Shown: positions 9,560 to 19,792 of the stretch, piece after piece | Numbering within the stretch: position 1 is the first letter of the stretch | Layout: each line of letters begins with the position of its first letter | Source: Methylotenera sp. | GTDB lineage: Bacteria; Pseudomonadota; Gammaproteobacteria; Burkholderiales; Methylophilaceae | Assembly: GCA_043759515.1 (NCBI GenBank) | Contig: JAYVLK010000010.1 | Coordinates: 28,104-92,103 of the forward strand | DNA: 64,000 nucleotides | Direction of reading: 5' to 3' | Translations under genes and position numbers: made by a program | The notes under the pieces: generated by a model | What the model was told of the DNA's origin: nothing | What the model saw: only the letters and a program-made list of their open reading frames with translations | Databases searched by the model: none

Positions 9560-9718
9560 ATGTTGCATTACACAGTTACATTTTTGGTCATTGCGATAGT
9601 TGCCGCTATCTTTGGTTTTGGCGGCATTGCATCAGGCGCTACAGAAATTGCAAAAATACTTTTTTTCGTCTTTTTGGCAATCACTATTGTCTCGTTTTTA
9701 ATGGGCAGAAAACCCTAA
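9560..9718 (+). CDS. DUF1328 (YtjA/UPF0391) small membrane protein
   Basis: [52 protein letters not shown], 52 aa; below the ORF-track size cut-off. Confidence 0.92.
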   Translation: MLHYTVTFLVIAIVAAIFGFGGIASGATEIAKILFFVFLAITIVSFLMGRKP

Positions 9719-9777
9719 ATTCACTTTTTAATTAACAGATTCATTTAATAAATTTTCATAAACTAAAGGAAACCACC

Positions 9778-10209
9778 ATGTACAACTTAAACAAAGAAGA
9801 TGAAATAAAAGAAAAGGCTAATAATTTAGCCAATAACGCTAAGAATAACGCACACGAGATGGCCGATGATGTAAGACACAAAGCCGAACAATTGGGCGAC
9901 ACTGCGCATGACAAAGCAATGGAAACCAAACAAGAGGCTTTAAATGTTATTTCTAGTTTAAAAGGCTTGTTGGCTTCATACACTAGCTCATCAAACTTAA
10001 CTGATATGAAAAATCAAATTCTTGAAAAAGCCATGTCATTAAAAGGTGTTGTTAAAGATGAGGTAAGCCATGCTTACGAAACAGGCAAAGAGCGCACCTT
10101 GCATACAGTGCAAGAAAAACCAATTGCTAGTGTCATTGTGGCTGTAAGCGCTGGTGTTATTATTGGTTATTTATTAAGTTCTAGACGTCACAATAGAACC
10201 CATTACTAA
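9778..10209 (+). CDS. DUF883 (ElaB/YqjD-like) tail-anchored protein
   Basis: Charged helical body; C-terminal VQEKPIASVIVAVSAGVIIGYLLSSRR. Confidence 0.85.
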   Translation: MYNLNKEDEIKEKANNLANNAKNNAHEMADDVRHKAEQLGDTAHDKAMETKQEALNVISSLKGLLASYTSSSNLTDMKNQILEKAMSLKGVVKDEVSHAYETGKERTLHTVQEKPIASVIVAVSAGVIIGYLLSSRRHNRTHY

Positions 10210-10244
10210 ATAGCTTACATTTAAAATCAATATTTGAGACTAAT

Positions 10245-10281
10245 AATTGAATTTAGACAATTGAATTTAGACAATTGAATT
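10245..10281 (+). repeat. 14-bp tandem repeat AATTGAATTTAGAC, about 2.6 copies
   Basis: Read directly from the sequence. Confidence 0.85.
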
Positions 10282-10293
10282 AAGAAAGACAAT

Positions 10294-10881
10294 ATGTGGA
10301 AAAGCGCGGTTAAGTTCTTGGTTATTATGTTGTTAAAAAACCGCATTCAATTTATTAAAAATAAATATTTTAATAAATTAAACATTAATCAAAGACTTAA
10401 TCGCACTTCATCTTCATATGCAAATGGCTTACATGCAGGTGAGACACCTGAAACTTATAATGACGAGCCTTCAAACACAAACCCACAACCTGACGAATTT
10501 AAACAGCTAAAACATAATCTAGCGTTAATGGCCGAGAGTAGGGCCAGTTTTTTTAAGCAAAATTTTAGCCATGAAGTACAGCGAGTAGTTAGTAGCTTGC
10601 TGGGCTTTATGGTTATGCTCGTTGCGGCAGTGTTTGCTGGCTTGGTTGGTATTATGTGGATATTCGCCATTGCATGGACCAGCCCCAACCGCGAACTTAT
10701 TTTAGGAATCACTATGTTAGTACCCATAATAGCTGCAGTCATTATCTTTATTACCATTAAAAACTCGTGGAAAAAAGAACCATTATTAGCACAATCAATG
10801 AAACAAGTTGAAAATGACTGGCTGGTTTTTAGAGGCGGTTTAGACGGCACTGCAGATACATCTGACGCTGCCAATTATTAA
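10294..10881 (+). CDS. YqjE-like (phage-holin-family) two-TM membrane protein
   Basis: Two TM helices; follows the DUF883 gene as in yqjDE. Confidence 0.65.
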   Translation: MWKSAVKFLVIMLLKNRIQFIKNKYFNKLNINQRLNRTSSSYANGLHAGETPETYNDEPSNTNPQPDEFKQLKHNLALMAESRASFFKQNFSHEVQRVVSSLLGFMVMLVAAVFAGLVGIMWIFAIAWTSPNRELILGITMLVPIIAAVIIFITIKNSWKKEPLLAQSMKQVENDWLVFRGGLDGTADTSDAANY

Positions 10882-10956
10882 TAATAACTAACACTCATCT
10901 CATGTAAAAATAGGCTTTTTTAGCCACGTAAAGGTAAAAATGATAAGCTTGTATCT

Positions 10957-11589
10957 ATGAAAAACATATTACTAGTAGATGACCACAGCATCGTTCGCCA
11001 AGGCTTAAAAAATTTGATTGAGCTTGAACCCGATTTAAAAGTAACAGGTGAGGCGGCGTCTGGTTTAGAAGCGCTAAATTTAGTTCGAACTAATAATTAC
11101 GATGTAATGGTTTTAGATATTTCGATGCCAGGTAAAAACGGTGTTGACACCTTGCATGATTTAAAACATATCGCGCCAAATTTACCTGTGCTGGTTTTAA
11201 GCGGCTATGCTGAAGAACAATATGCACTTAATTTGGTTAGAAGCGGTTGCAAAGGTTATTTATCTAAAGACGCAGATTCCGATGAAATCATTAAAGCTAT
11301 TAGAGTGATCGCCAATGGTAAGCGCTACATTTCTGCCCAATTAGCCGAGCTAATGAGCGAGCAACTTAGCCACCCATCTGATAAACAATTGCATGAGATG
11401 TTAAGTAACCGTGAGTTTCAAGTTTTTTATAAGCTCGCATCTGGCAATACGCCTACTGAGATCGGTTTAGAGCTTAATATCAGCACTAAAACAGTTAGCA
11501 CTTACAGAATGCGCATTTTAGAAAAAATGAGCTTAAAAACCAATGCAGATCTAACTTATTATGCTATTAAAAATGCCCTGCTTAATTAA
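10957..11589 (+). CDS. NarL/LuxR-family response regulator, UvrY/GacA-like
   Basis: ILLVDDH...VLDISMPG REC domain; LSNREFQV...ISTKTVSTYRMRILEKM HTH. Confidence 0.93.
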   Translation: MKNILLVDDHSIVRQGLKNLIELEPDLKVTGEAASGLEALNLVRTNNYDVMVLDISMPGKNGVDTLHDLKHIAPNLPVLVLSGYAEEQYALNLVRSGCKGYLSKDADSDEIIKAIRVIANGKRYISAQLAELMSEQLSHPSDKQLHEMLSNREFQVFYKLASGNTPTEIGLELNISTKTVSTYRMRILEKMSLKTNADLTYYAIKNALLN

Positions 11590-11626
11590 TTGGCTACGAT
11601 TTATAAGTATTAGTATTGTAGTAAGT

Positions 11627-11644
11627 TGTAAGTCGTTTTCGACT
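11627..11644 (+). promoter_or_regulatory. Degenerate GacA-box-like site TGTAAG-TCGTTT-TCGACT
   Basis: Perfect left arm; upstream of the single-domain REC gene. Confidence 0.4.
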
Positions 11645-11670
11645 GTTTTATCTATTTGAATTGATTTATT

Positions 11671-12165
11671 GTGTCTAATAAACAAATGTACCCCGAATCA
11701 ACAATTATAAAAATGAGTCAATTTTCAAATAAGTTTCTTGGCGTTAATCCTGATAAGAAAATTTCAGCTGGTAAAACTCATCCAATGAAAATGTTATTGG
11801 TTGAAGATTCAACACTTTTACGCGAAGTGTTGTTTGAAACCATTAATAGCTTAAAAAACTTGAACGTTGAAGGTTTGGCGGCATCGCAAAGCTCGGCAAT
11901 ATCGTTATTAAACGAAACCCAATTTGACATTTTGTTATTAGATATTGAACTTGCAGAAGGCAATGGTTTTGAAGTGATTAAACACACGCAAAAGTTAAAT
12001 TACCCTTTCAAGCCGCCCATTATTTTAATGCTAACCAATCACGCGCACCCACATTATCGTAAAATGGCAAAAGAACTAGGGGTGCGTTACTTTTTTGATA
12101 AATCGATGGATTTTGATTTAGCCATGCAAGCCATTGAATTAGAAGCTGATCGTTTTGTGCATTAA
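11671..12165 (+). CDS. Single-domain response regulator (REC)
   Basis: LLVEDS...LLLDIEL...LTN...FFDKS; true start probably a downstream ATG. Confidence 0.85.
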   Translation: MSNKQMYPESTIIKMSQFSNKFLGVNPDKKISAGKTHPMKMLLVEDSTLLREVLFETINSLKNLNVEGLAASQSSAISLLNETQFDILLLDIELAEGNGFEVIKHTQKLNYPFKPPIILMLTNHAHPHYRKMAKELGVRYFFDKSMDFDLAMQAIELEADRFVH

Positions 12166-12171
12166 TTACAA

Positions 12172-12558
12172 TTGATTCCCTTTCGCATCAATTTAAAACA
12201 ATTGGCTAGAGCCTTTGTTTTTACATGGTTTTTTGCAGGCGGCGTAACGCATTTTTTGTTGCCAAAAACCTATTTACTAATTATCCCGCCTTACATTCCA
12301 TTTGCCTTGACAGCTGTATACGTTAGCGGTGTATTTGAGCTAATTGGCGCAATATTATTATTAATTCCTATTTCAAGGCGTTATGCTGGCAATGGTTTAA
12401 TTGTGTTAACTATATTAGTTACCCCCGCCAATATCTACATGCTTCAAATCGCAGAACAGTTTCCTATGGTGCCAGAATGGGCGTTAATCGTAAGGCTGCC
12501 ATTTCAGCTTATCTTGATATGGTTAATATGGTGGGTTTCACGCGATTATTGCAAATGA
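12172..12558 (+). CDS. DoxX-like membrane protein
   Basis: GVTHF...IIPPYIP...SGVFELIGA...PANIYM...RLPFQ. Confidence 0.8.
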   Translation: MIPFRINLKQLARAFVFTWFFAGGVTHFLLPKTYLLIIPPYIPFALTAVYVSGVFELIGAILLLIPISRRYAGNGLIVLTILVTPANIYMLQIAEQFPMVPEWALIVRLPFQLILIWLIWWVSRDYCK

Positions 12559-12631
12559 TTATTTTAAGCTGGGTTAAAGATAGCAATTTACCAAATTAGA
12601 TTAACTGTTTTAAACTACAAGAAGGTAATTG

Positions 12632-12835
12632 CTATCTTCTCAAAACCATTTTTTTCTTAGCCAATTGATCTTGATAAACATTGCCTACCCATTGGCAAAT
12701 ATGATTCTGACATTCAAACCTAGCTACAGGTCTAATCAAGCTTATCCAACGGTCTACGCGCCTACGTCTAATCCTTCTTGCATAACCGTGGCAATAAGGG
12801 CATTGCATTGAATTTTCTATCAACATTGATTGCAT
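12632..12835 (-). CDS. Small basic Cys-rich (zinc-ribbon-like) protein
   Basis: CPYC...RRIRRR...RFECQNHICQWVG; has its own Crp-variant promoter. Confidence 0.65.
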   Translation of the reverse strand: MQSMLIENSMQCPYCHGYARRIRRRRVDRWISLIRPVARFECQNHICQWVGNVYQDQLAKKKMVLRR

Positions 12836-12900
12836 TTTTGGCGCGTCTTAAATTATTTAATTACCAGCTTTAAACTTTACTTTTTGCAGGCCAAAAAGTT

Positions 12901-12916
12901 TGTGCGTTAGTTAACA
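12901..12916 (-). promoter_or_regulatory. Crp-variant site
   Basis: Minus strand TGTTA-ACTAAC-GCACA; TAAAGT 21 bp downstream (12879-12874). Confidence 0.65.
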
Positions 12917-12982
12917 TAGTAGATTTAATTCTGCATTTATTCTTAATAAAATGCAGCCATCAATTTCTACCAATTTCACTTA

Positions 12983-12998
12983 TGTCTGTTATCGCACA
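12983..12998 (+). promoter_or_regulatory. Crp-variant site
   Basis: TGTCT-GTTATC-GCACA-GA upstream of the general stress protein; -10 less clear. Confidence 0.55.
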
Positions 12999-13179
12999 GA
13001 CACTTACAAACATTTTATTTAAAAATAATAAGTTGGAAATATAAAATTCTATAGTTTAAAAATAAGTTATTTGGTTAACAATAATGATAGTAAATTTTAA
13101 ATTCACAGGAGTATTTATTTAAATAAGCAATTTAATCAAGCAAAAATATTTTTAACTGATAAAAGTTAAGGACTAGACA

Positions 13180-13683
13180 ATGAAAGTAAAAGATCAGCAA
13201 TCAGCAGAATTAACGCATCTTGGCGAGCTTATAAAAGAAGCACGCGTTTGCATGTTAACCACAATGGATGAAGAAGATTTGATGGTAGCAAGGCCTATGT
13301 CGCCACAAGAAATGTGCGAGCAAGGTTCTATTTGGTTTTTAACTGATCCCAACACCAGCAAAATGCAACATTTGCAACTCATGAATGTAGCATTTTCAGA
13401 TGAAGGTCAAAGCACTTATGTCTCTATATCGGGTCACGGTGAATTGGTAACTGATCGCGCGCGTATTGAAAGGTTGTGGTCACCTTTTGCCAGGCCATGG
13501 TTTCCTAATGGAATTGATTCTGCTAATTTGGCTTTGCTAAAATTTGTGCCACATGTTGCCGAATACTGGGATGCCCCAGATAGCAAAATGGTACGAATGT
13601 TTGCCAGTGTATTATCAATTGCCGCTGCTAAGCCTATTGGCATGGGTGAGCACGGCAACCTAGATGTTTCAGTAAAAACTTAG
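13180..13683 (+). CDS. General stress protein 26 / pyridoxamine 5'-phosphate oxidase-like FMN-binding protein
   Basis: CMLTT...ARPMS...IWFLT...YVSISG...LWSPFARPWFPNG...AEYWD. Confidence 0.9.
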   Translation: MKVKDQQSAELTHLGELIKEARVCMLTTMDEEDLMVARPMSPQEMCEQGSIWFLTDPNTSKMQHLQLMNVAFSDEGQSTYVSISGHGELVTDRARIERLWSPFARPWFPNGIDSANLALLKFVPHVAEYWDAPDSKMVRMFASVLSIAAAKPIGMGEHGNLDVSVKT

Positions 13684-13786
13684 ATGTTTCAGTGAAATAA
13701 ATCCATTAATAAATAATCCGCCAATTTATGATTAACAAATTTATTAAGTATATGAATTAACCTTGCATGCGATTAGCAGCATTTAA

Positions 13787-13802
13787 AGTTAGATAGCGTA
13801 CA
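13787..13802 (+). promoter_or_regulatory. Crp-variant site
   Basis: AGTTA-GATAGC-GTACA; TACAAT at 13824 (21 bp). Confidence 0.6.
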
Positions 13803-13939
13803 AATTCTATAGTTTTTACTGCCTACAATTAAAGTCTATATTAATTTGCTTTGCCTAGTTTTATATTTGGTTTTATGTTTGGTAAAACCCAAGTGTGCTC
13901 ATGCAACAGGAAATTATAAATTTTAATTAAGGATTTATC

Positions 13940-14518
13940 ATGAAAATTTCTTTGGCATCACTAACGCTACTATCTGCAATAGGACTAGTATCTACGGTAG
14001 GACTAGTTGCGTGCGAAAACGCATCAAACCAACCCTCTGGCACTGGTGCATTACGCATAGATACTGGTGCTACTACAACTGGAGGCTCTTCAAGCGCTCC
14101 CTCTGTAAATGGTATAACTGGCAGGTCAGGATCAACTGACCCCACTTCTGGTATGGACGCATCAGATTCGCAAGGTGTGACTGGCACTGATTCTACAAAT
14201 ACTGGAGTAGAGTCTAGAGACGCTGGAACAACTGGAACAGCTAGAGCTGGAAATAGTATTGGTTCGGACTATGACAACTCAGGATCTGGATCTACGAATT
14301 CACGTTCAGACAGTTCTGGCAATACTGGATCGCCTACAGGCGCAAGCTCAAATGGCACAGGTTATGGCACGTCAGGTGCAAGTAATTCTTCAGTGCCTAC
14401 ACCAAACGGCTCGGCACCTTTTGAAGATCCATCTAACGCTTCAAGTTCGTCTGGTTCTTCGTCCTCAACCAACTCAACTAATCCAACTAATCCAACTAAT
14501 CCAACTAGCACACGTTAA
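13940..14518 (+). CDS. Ser/Thr/Gly-rich disordered lipoprotein
   Basis: Lipobox LVAC; AAGGA Shine-Dalgarno; low-complexity body ending in (TNP)3. Confidence 0.8.
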   Translation: MKISLASLTLLSAIGLVSTVGLVACENASNQPSGTGALRIDTGATTTGGSSSAPSVNGITGRSGSTDPTSGMDASDSQGVTGTDSTNTGVESRDAGTTGTARAGNSIGSDYDNSGSGSTNSRSDSSGNTGSPTGASSNGTGYGTSGASNSSVPTPNGSAPFEDPSNASSSSGSSSSTNSTNPTNPTNPTSTR

Positions 14519-14663
14519 CTTTTACAATAAACTTTTTGTAAAGTTTTAAAACTTCGAATTTTGCCCATCAATGCTATTTAGATTTTAACTTTTATCTAAT
14601 CTAAATAGTCTTTTTGCGCCAGTATTCTAATAAACCGTTAAAATCTGCAAATTAAACTTATTG

Positions 14664-14679
14664 CGTTCGCTAGCGTACA
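14664..14679 (+). promoter_or_regulatory. Crp-variant site
   Basis: CGTTC-GCTAGC-GTACA-GA; TAAGAT at 14701 (21 bp). Confidence 0.65.
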
Positions 14680-14820
14680 GAGTTTAATGGGTTAGTTATT
14701 TAAGATATGATTTGTAAAAATATTGATTGTAAATTTTATAGTTAACTAAAATTTAAAGTTAACTAAAATTTGGTTTTAATATCAACACAATTCATCCATT
14801 TATTTAATTAAGGATACATC

Positions 14821-15162
14821 ATGAAAACTATAATTATTGTATTGTCGCTAGTTAGCACATTTGCTTTGGTTGCTTGTGATAAACCAACTGTTGTTAACGT
14901 ACCAGCAGATACTGTTGTGGTACCAAGCCAAGCTGGGCCTGCAGGTGCTACTGGTGAAACAGGTGCTACTGGTGATACGGGTGCGACAGGGGCACCTAGT
15001 GGAGACACTACTATTGTAATTCCGCCACCAGTTGCCGATATGCCACCTGAAATCGTCCCTGACCCAGCTTTAACGCCCGAGCCTTCTGGCAATGCTGGTA
15101 GTACAGAATCTAGCGGCGCAAGTGGTTCAAGCGATTCTACGGTAACGCCACCTGCTAACTAA
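14821..15162 (+). CDS. Small lipoprotein with a short collagen-like (Gly-X-Y) stretch
   Basis: Lipobox LVAC; GPAGATGETGATGDTGATGAP. Confidence 0.8.
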   Translation: MKTIIIVLSLVSTFALVACDKPTVVNVPADTVVVPSQAGPAGATGETGATGDTGATGAPSGDTTIVIPPPVADMPPEIVPDPALTPEPSGNAGSTESSGASGSSDSTVTPPAN

Positions 15163-15250
15163 ATGCTATTAATCTAAATAAAATAATAGGTTAAGTTAAA
15201 CAATTAAAACCGTATTTGATTGTCTAGCTGACAATCAGACACAGTTTTGT

Positions 15251-16633
15251 TTGAATTTAATAGGTATATTACAAATGCATGCAAAAAATCAAGCCATAAG
15301 CCACCCACATTCTTGGGCAAAATCATTACAGACATTTGCTTTAATTAGCCCTCTAGCTTTATTGCTAATGGCTTGTGGCGAAATGGCCAGCTTGCAATTG
15401 GCTCAAGGCATGGGCATTAAACCTACCTTGCCAGCACCTAATAAAACGTTGATTCCCACTGTTAATATTGCACCTGCTATTGGCTGGCCTAATGAGCTTA
15501 AACCAAAAGCAATAAGCGGCACAGCGGTTAGTTCTTTTGCTAGCGGCCTTAATCACCCGCGTTGGTTAACAGTTTTACCTAATGGTGACGTGTTAGTGGC
15601 CGAAACAAATGCGCCACCAAAGCCTAAAAGTGAAAGTAGCTTAAAAGGCTGGGTAATGAAAATGGTAATGAAGCGCGCGGGGGCAGGGGTTCCAAGCCCT
15701 AACCGCATATTATTGTTGCGTGACACTGATAATGATGGGCTAGCTGATAAGAAGTTGGTTTTTTTAGAAAACTTAAATTCACCATTTGGCATGGCTTTAG
15801 TGGGCAACCATTTGTATGTGGCCAATGCTGATGCCTTAATGCGATTTAATTACACGCAAAATGCTGAAAAAATAATCGATGCGGGCGAAAAGATCATTGA
15901 TTTGCCAGGCGGGCCAATTAATCATCATTGGACTAAAAATGTGATTGCCAATGATGATGGCACTAAACTTTACGTAACAGTGGGTTCAAACAGCAATGTG
16001 GCCGAACGTGGGTTAGAAGCTGAAACCGATCGTGCGGCTATATTAGAAGTAGACGCGCAGGCAAAAACCTATCGCATTTTTGCATCTGGCCTACGTAACC
16101 CAAACGGCATGGCTTGGGAGCCTAAAACCAATAATCTATTTACCGTAGTTAATGAGCGTGATGAAATTGGCAGCGATTTAGTACCAGACTACTTAACATC
16201 TGTTCAAGACGGCGCTTTTTACGGTTGGCCTTATAGTTATTATGGCCAAAACGTAGATGTGCGCGTTAAGCCGCCGCAACCAGAATTAGTTGCAAAAGCT
16301 ATTGTGCCAGATTATGCGCTTGGGCCGCATACAGCATCACTCGGTTTGGCGTCTTCAGCTGGCAATAATCTACCAGAGCAATTTGCAAATGGTATGTTTA
16401 TTGGTCAACACGGGTCTTGGAATCGCAACCCGTTAAGTGGTTATAAAGTGATTTTTGTGCCATTTGTAGATGGCAAACCGCAAGGCGAGGCAGTTGATGT
16501 GTTAACTGGCTTTGTAAGTAGTGAAGGTAAAGCTTATGGAAGACCCGTGGGTGTAGTGTTAGATAAAAAAGGTGCTTTGCTAGTGGCTGATGATGTGGGT
16601 AATACTATTTGGCGAGTGACTGCTAGTAAATAA
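15251..16633 (+). CDS. PQQ-dependent sugar/sorbosone dehydrogenase family lipoprotein
   Basis: [42 protein letters not shown] motifs; start likely downstream. Confidence 0.9.
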   Translation: MNLIGILQMHAKNQAISHPHSWAKSLQTFALISPLALLLMACGEMASLQLAQGMGIKPTLPAPNKTLIPTVNIAPAIGWPNELKPKAISGTAVSSFASGLNHPRWLTVLPNGDVLVAETNAPPKPKSESSLKGWVMKMVMKRAGAGVPSPNRILLLRDTDNDGLADKKLVFLENLNSPFGMALVGNHLYVANADALMRFNYTQNAEKIIDAGEKIIDLPGGPINHHWTKNVIANDDGTKLYVTVGSNSNVAERGLEAETDRAAILEVDAQAKTYRIFASGLRNPNGMAWEPKTNNLFTVVNERDEIGSDLVPDYLTSVQDGAFYGWPYSYYGQNVDVRVKPPQPELVAKAIVPDYALGPHTASLGLASSAGNNLPEQFANGMFIGQHGSWNRNPLSGYKVIFVPFVDGKPQGEAVDVLTGFVSSEGKAYGRPVGVVLDKKGALLVADDVGNTIWRVTASK

Positions 16634-16783
16634 AACGCAAGCAGATAAGCGGCTTTGATTAATGCACAAATTTTTGCTTAATATCGTATGGCAGTATTAG
16701 ATCTTTTGCTTAAACCAATCAATCAACGCAATACGTAAATGCTTTTGCGACATTATTAAACAAATATCCACTGGATAACATTC

Positions 16784-17245
16784 ATGCTTAAGTACATACC
16801 AGCTTATTTAACCACCTTAATCATTATGTTGGTAGTCGATATTATCTGGCTAAGTGTGTTAGCCAAGCCGATATATCAACAAGGCATTGGTCATTTAATG
16901 GCCACTCAAGCCAATTTATTTTATGCTGGTCTTTTTTATTTAATCTATGTGTTTGGTTTGGTTAAGCTTGCTATTACCCCTTATGCATTAACCAAAGGCA
17001 TTAAAAACACTTTTATTGCAGGGGCAGGCATCGGGTTTTTTGTATATGCCAGTTACGATTTAACCAATTTGGCATTACTTAAAGATTGGCCTCTTGGTTT
17101 ATCGCTACTAGACATAACTTGGGGAACATTTATTAGTGGTGTAAGTGCGGCAGCAGGTAAATGGGTATTTGATTATAACCGCCGTAATTTTTTCACATCT
17201 CCTGCTTCATCACAGTCTCCAGCTAAGGCGCAATCTCGCGCATAG
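16784..17245 (+). CDS. DUF2177 membrane protein
   Basis: DIIWL...[16 protein letters not shown]...DITWG. Confidence 0.85.
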   Translation: MLKYIPAYLTTLIIMLVVDIIWLSVLAKPIYQQGIGHLMATQANLFYAGLFYLIYVFGLVKLAITPYALTKGIKNTFIAGAGIGFFVYASYDLTNLALLKDWPLGLSLLDITWGTFISGVSAAAGKWVFDYNRRNFFTSPASSQSPAKAQSRA

Positions 17246-17265
17246 CCTTCAATTGCTCAACAAAA

Positions 17266-19767
17266 ATGGCTTTAAAAATAACTCCAGTTTTATCGCCAAT
17301 TTTATTGCAAAATATGCATGCCTATTGGCGCGCGGCTAATTACTTATCTGTTGGGCAAATTTACCTGCAAGATAATCCATTACTTAAGCGGCCACTCACA
17401 TTAACTGACATAAAACCGCGTTTGCTTGGGCATTGGGGCACAACGCCTGGCTTAAACTTTATTTATGTACATTTAAACAGGCTAATAACCTCGCATAATT
17501 TAAGCATGATCTACATTATTGGCCCAGGTCATGGTGGGCCTGCCATTGTGGCTAATTCTTATTTAGAAGGTTCTTACACTGAGCGCTACCCCAATATTGA
17601 ACAAAATGAAGATGGCTTAAAGCGCTTATTTAAGCAATTTTCCTGGCCTTATGGCATACCTAGCCATGTATCGCCCGAAACGCCAGGCTCAATTCACGAA
17701 GGTGGTGAATTAGGCTATTCGCTTGCGCATGCCTATGGCGCGGCAATGGATAATCCTGATTTAATCGTGGCCTGCATTATCGGTGATGGCGAGGCTGAAA
17801 CAGGTGCGCTGGCGGCAAGTTGGCATGCCAATAAATTTGTAAACCCTGCGCGCGATGGTGCAGTGATACCTATTTTGCATTTAAATGGCTACAAAATCGC
17901 TAACCCCAGCGTGTTGTCACGAATTAGTCGCAATGAGCTTACCAGTTTGATGCGCGGTTATGGGCATGAGCCTTTTTATGTTGAGGTTGCGCCTAACAGC
18001 TTAGTAACTACTGATGAAAATTCGGAATCTAGTGAGCCAAATCATGGCTTTGATGTAATGGCCGCGCATGAAAATTTGGCCGCCACGCTAGATTTAGTAT
18101 TGGCTAGAATTTTGGCTATTCAAAAAACAGCTAGAGAAAATAGTGGAATTGCGGGTGCGAAAATAGCGGGGGCAGATTTAGTACGCCCAATCTGGCCAAT
18201 GATCGTTTTTGTTTCGCCTAAAGGCTGGAGTGGGCCAAAAACTGTAGATAGCAAACCTGTTGAAAATACATGGCGTGCGCATCAAGTGCCAATTTCTAGC
18301 TTTAAACCTAGTCAAGTAGAAAACGGCGATACTCAAGAAAATAGGCATTTGAAGCAGTTAGAAGATTGGTTGTTAAGTTATAAACCTAATGAACTATTTG
18401 ATGAAAAAGGTCATTTAAACGCGCAATTAACAGCGTTAGCACCTACTGGCAACTTTCGCATGGGTGCAAATCCACATGCAAATGGCGGTGAATTACTGCA
18501 ACCGCTTAATATGCCAAACATGTTTGAATATGCTGTTTCGGTGCCACAAGCTGGCTGTGTAGAGGCAGAAGCTACGCGGGTTTTAGGCCAATTTTTGCGC
18601 GATGTGATGTTATTAAATAGCGAAAATAAAAATTTTAGAATATTTGGCCCCGATGAAACCGCATCTAACCGCCTAGATTGTGTTTATGAAGTAACCGATA
18701 AAGCTTGGCTGGCCGAAACTTTACAAGTGGACGAACATTTAAGTGCCGATGGTCGCGTGATGGAAGTACTAAGTGAACATTTATGCCAAGGCTGGCTAGA
18801 AGGCTATTTATTAACTGGCCGCCACGGGCTATTTTCGTGTTACGAAGCGTTTGTTCATATTATCGATTCCATGATGAATCAACATGCCAAATGGCTAAAA
18901 GTGTGTAATCAAATTCCATGGCGCGCGCCTATTGCGTCACTTAATTATTTATTAACCAGCCATGTTTGGCGCCAAGATCATAATGGATTTTCGCACCAAG
19001 ACCCAGGTTTTATCGATCATGTGATCAATAAAAAATCGGAGATCGTGCGCGTTTATTTACCACCCGATGCCAATTGTTTGCTGTCCGTTGCGGATCATTG
19101 TTTACGTAGCCTTAATTACATCAATGTGATTATTGCGGGCAAGCAACCACAGTGGCAGTGGCTAGATATGGATAGCGCGGTTAAGCATTGTGCCGCGGGC
19201 GCAAGTGTTTGGCAGTGGGCGAGTTGTGAAGGCGAAAACGAACATGAGCTTGATGCGGTGATTGCAAGTGCTGGCGATGTGCCCACGCTTGAAGCGCTTG
19301 CCTGTGTGATGTTGCTAAAAGAATATGTGCCAGATATTAAATTAAAGTTTGTTAACGTGGTTGATTTAATGGTGTTGCAGCCACAATCAGAACACGCACA
19401 TGGCATGCAAGATCATGTATTTGATGCTATGTTTACGCGCGATAAACCTATTATATTTGCTTTTCACGGCTACCCATCCGTTATTCATAAGCTTACTTAC
19501 AGGCGACATAATCATAGCAATATTCACGTGCGTGGCTATAAAGAAGAAGGCACTACAACCACGCCATTTGATATGGTGGTCATTAATAATGTCGATCGCT
19601 ATCAATTAGCACTTGATGTGATTAAACGCGCGCCAAGGCTTGTACATTTAATTGAAGCGCAGACCGCGCGCTACCATAATACGATGCAAAAACACAAAGC
19701 TTACATTAGCGAATATGGGCAAGATATGCCCGAAATACGCAATTGGGCTTGGCAAACGCCAGAATAA
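17266..19767 (+). CDS. xfp: Phosphoketolase (X5P/F6P)
   Basis: [42 protein letters not shown]. Confidence 0.97.
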   Translation: MALKITPVLSPILLQNMHAYWRAANYLSVGQIYLQDNPLLKRPLTLTDIKPRLLGHWGTTPGLNFIYVHLNRLITSHNLSMIYIIGPGHGGPAIVANSYLEGSYTERYPNIEQNEDGLKRLFKQFSWPYGIPSHVSPETPGSIHEGGELGYSLAHAYGAAMDNPDLIVACIIGDGEAETGALAASWHANKFVNPARDGAVIPILHLNGYKIANPSVLSRISRNELTSLMRGYGHEPFYVEVAPNSLVTTDENSESSEPNHGFDVMAAHENLAATLDLVLARILAIQKTARENSGIAGAKIAGADLVRPIWPMIVFVSPKGWSGPKTVDSKPVENTWRAHQVPISSFKPSQVENGDTQENRHLKQLEDWLLSYKPNELFDEKGHLNAQLTALAPTGNFRMGANPHANGGELLQPLNMPNMFEYAVSVPQAGCVEAEATRVLGQFLRDVMLLNSENKNFRIFGPDETASNRLDCVYEVTDKAWLAETLQVDEHLSADGRVMEVLSEHLCQGWLEGYLLTGRHGLFSCYEAFVHIIDSMMNQHAKWLKVCNQIPWRAPIASLNYLLTSHVWRQDHNGFSHQDPGFIDHVINKKSEIVRVYLPPDANCLLSVADHCLRSLNYINVIIAGKQPQWQWLDMDSAVKHCAAGASVWQWASCEGENEHELDAVIASAGDVPTLEALACVMLLKEYVPDIKLKFVNVVDLMVLQPQSEHAHGMQDHVFDAMFTRDKPIIFAFHGYPSVIHKLTYRRHNHSNIHVRGYKEEGTTTTPFDMVVINNVDRYQLALDVIKRAPRLVHLIEAQTARYHNTMQKHKAYISEYGQDMPEIRNWAWQTPE

Positions 19768-19792
19768 AAATTAAAAAAGTTGTTATAAATCA

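Noticed and set aside
10245-10281. Possible CRISPR array
   Set aside because: Contiguous 14-bp units with no spacers, and no cas genes.
10294-10881. Prophage holin
   Set aside because: The context is YqjE-like (next to DUF883), with no phage genes in the window.
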